Made by a program: the position numbers and the translations under genes. A model generated the notes under the pieces. The model searched no databases. It was not told where the DNA came from and saw only the letters and a program-made list of their open reading frames with translations. A DNA stretch of 32,000 nucleotides, from positions 546,836-578,835 of the forward strand of contig NZ_KB911066.1 of NCBI RefSeq assembly GCF_000383295.1. The letters run 5' to 3'. Source of the stretch: Faecalispora sporosphaeroides DSM 1294 (GTDB lineage Bacteria; Bacillota; Clostridia; Oscillospirales; Acutalibacteraceae). Positions 31,784 through 32,000 of the stretch are shown here, piece by piece. The first letter of the stretch is position 1. Each line of letters starts with the position of its first letter.

Positions 31784-31812
31784 ATTATACTCATTCTTTT
31801 GTCGCTTTTCAA
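31784..31812 (-). promoter_or_regulatory. Sigma-70-type promoter for the ARH operon
   Basis: On the minus strand, TTGAAA (31812-31807) is separated from TATAAT (31789-31784) by 17 nt. It lies about 110 nt upstream of ATG 31670. Confidence 0.7.
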
Positions 31813-31895
31813 GAGGCGTTATCCATAAAAATACGATAATTCTATGGTTATTGTCCTTAAATTTCTGTGGGAATCGGGAATAAAAAAGAAACCGC

Positions 31896-31925
31896 TTGCT
31901 TTTTGTTTCTCAGTTTGTTTATAAT
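31896..31925 (+). promoter_or_regulatory. Divergent promoter candidate for the gene starting at 31994
   Basis: TTGCTT (31896-31901) is separated from TATAAT (31920-31925) by 18 nt. Confidence 0.4.
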
Positions 31926-31993
31926 AGGACAAAAGAAAGTTGCAGGCGCAGCGCGTTTGAGGCGCCTGGATTCGGCCGTTTGGAGGGAAAAGC

Positions 31994-32000
31994 ATGCAGA
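31994..32000 (+). CDS. First 7 nt of an unidentified CDS running off the window
   Basis: GGAGGG (31982-31987) lies 6 nt before ATG 31994. Nothing more can be said. Confidence 0.3.

Noticed and set aside
1-32000. Looked for CRISPR repeats, tRNA/rRNA, IS elements, integrases, phage genes, toxin-antitoxin pairs and known defence-system components.
   Set aside because: I saw no regularly spaced direct repeats, no cloverleaf-like or rRNA-like segments, and no transposase, recombinase or nuclease-type ORFs. Every long ORF on the assigned strand fits a metabolic, transport, regulator or housekeeping family.

Overview
Densely coding, high-GC window with Firmicutes-style signals: GGAGG-type ribosome binding sites, lipoprotein L-x-x-C boxes and 4-nt start/stop overlaps. 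I found no rRNA, tRNA, CRISPR array, transposase/integrase or recognisable defence gene. All family assignments come from reading the translated ORFs for motifs; no searches were run.

Layout:
(1) 1-7587 (+): an 8-gene sugar or acid-sugar catabolic operon. It encodes a PdxA-like dehydrogenase (5' end off-window), two xylose-isomerase-like TIM barrels, a single-Cys Asp/Glu-racemase-like protein, a split transketolase, a glycerate-dehydrogenase-like enzyme and glycerate kinase.
(2) 7852-13619 (-): a LacI regulator, an RbsB/A/C-type sugar ABC importer and an aldo/keto reductase, with a perfect 18-bp LacI-type palindrome in front of the transporter.
(3) 13620-14224: an unusually long AT-rich spacer carrying an orphan promoter/terminator pair.
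(4) 14225-24073 (+): a ten-gene operon. It encodes an M20 amidohydrolase, a HutF/8-oxoguanine-deaminase-like amidohydrolase, two-subunit aconitase X (DUF521 + DUF126), a 2-hydroxyacid dehydrogenase, a NitT/TauT-type ABC importer, a HutD-like protein and an RpiR regulator.
(5) 24310-26475 (+): housekeeping tex.
(6) 26777-31670 (-): an ADP-ribosylglycohydrolase fused to a ~350-aa beta-rich C-terminal extension, an AtuA-like protein, DUF4387 and a ribokinase-type kinase.

The best candidate for an undescribed system is block 4, whose enzyme combination matches no pathway I know. Block 6 and the hybrid architecture of block 1 are the next most interesting.
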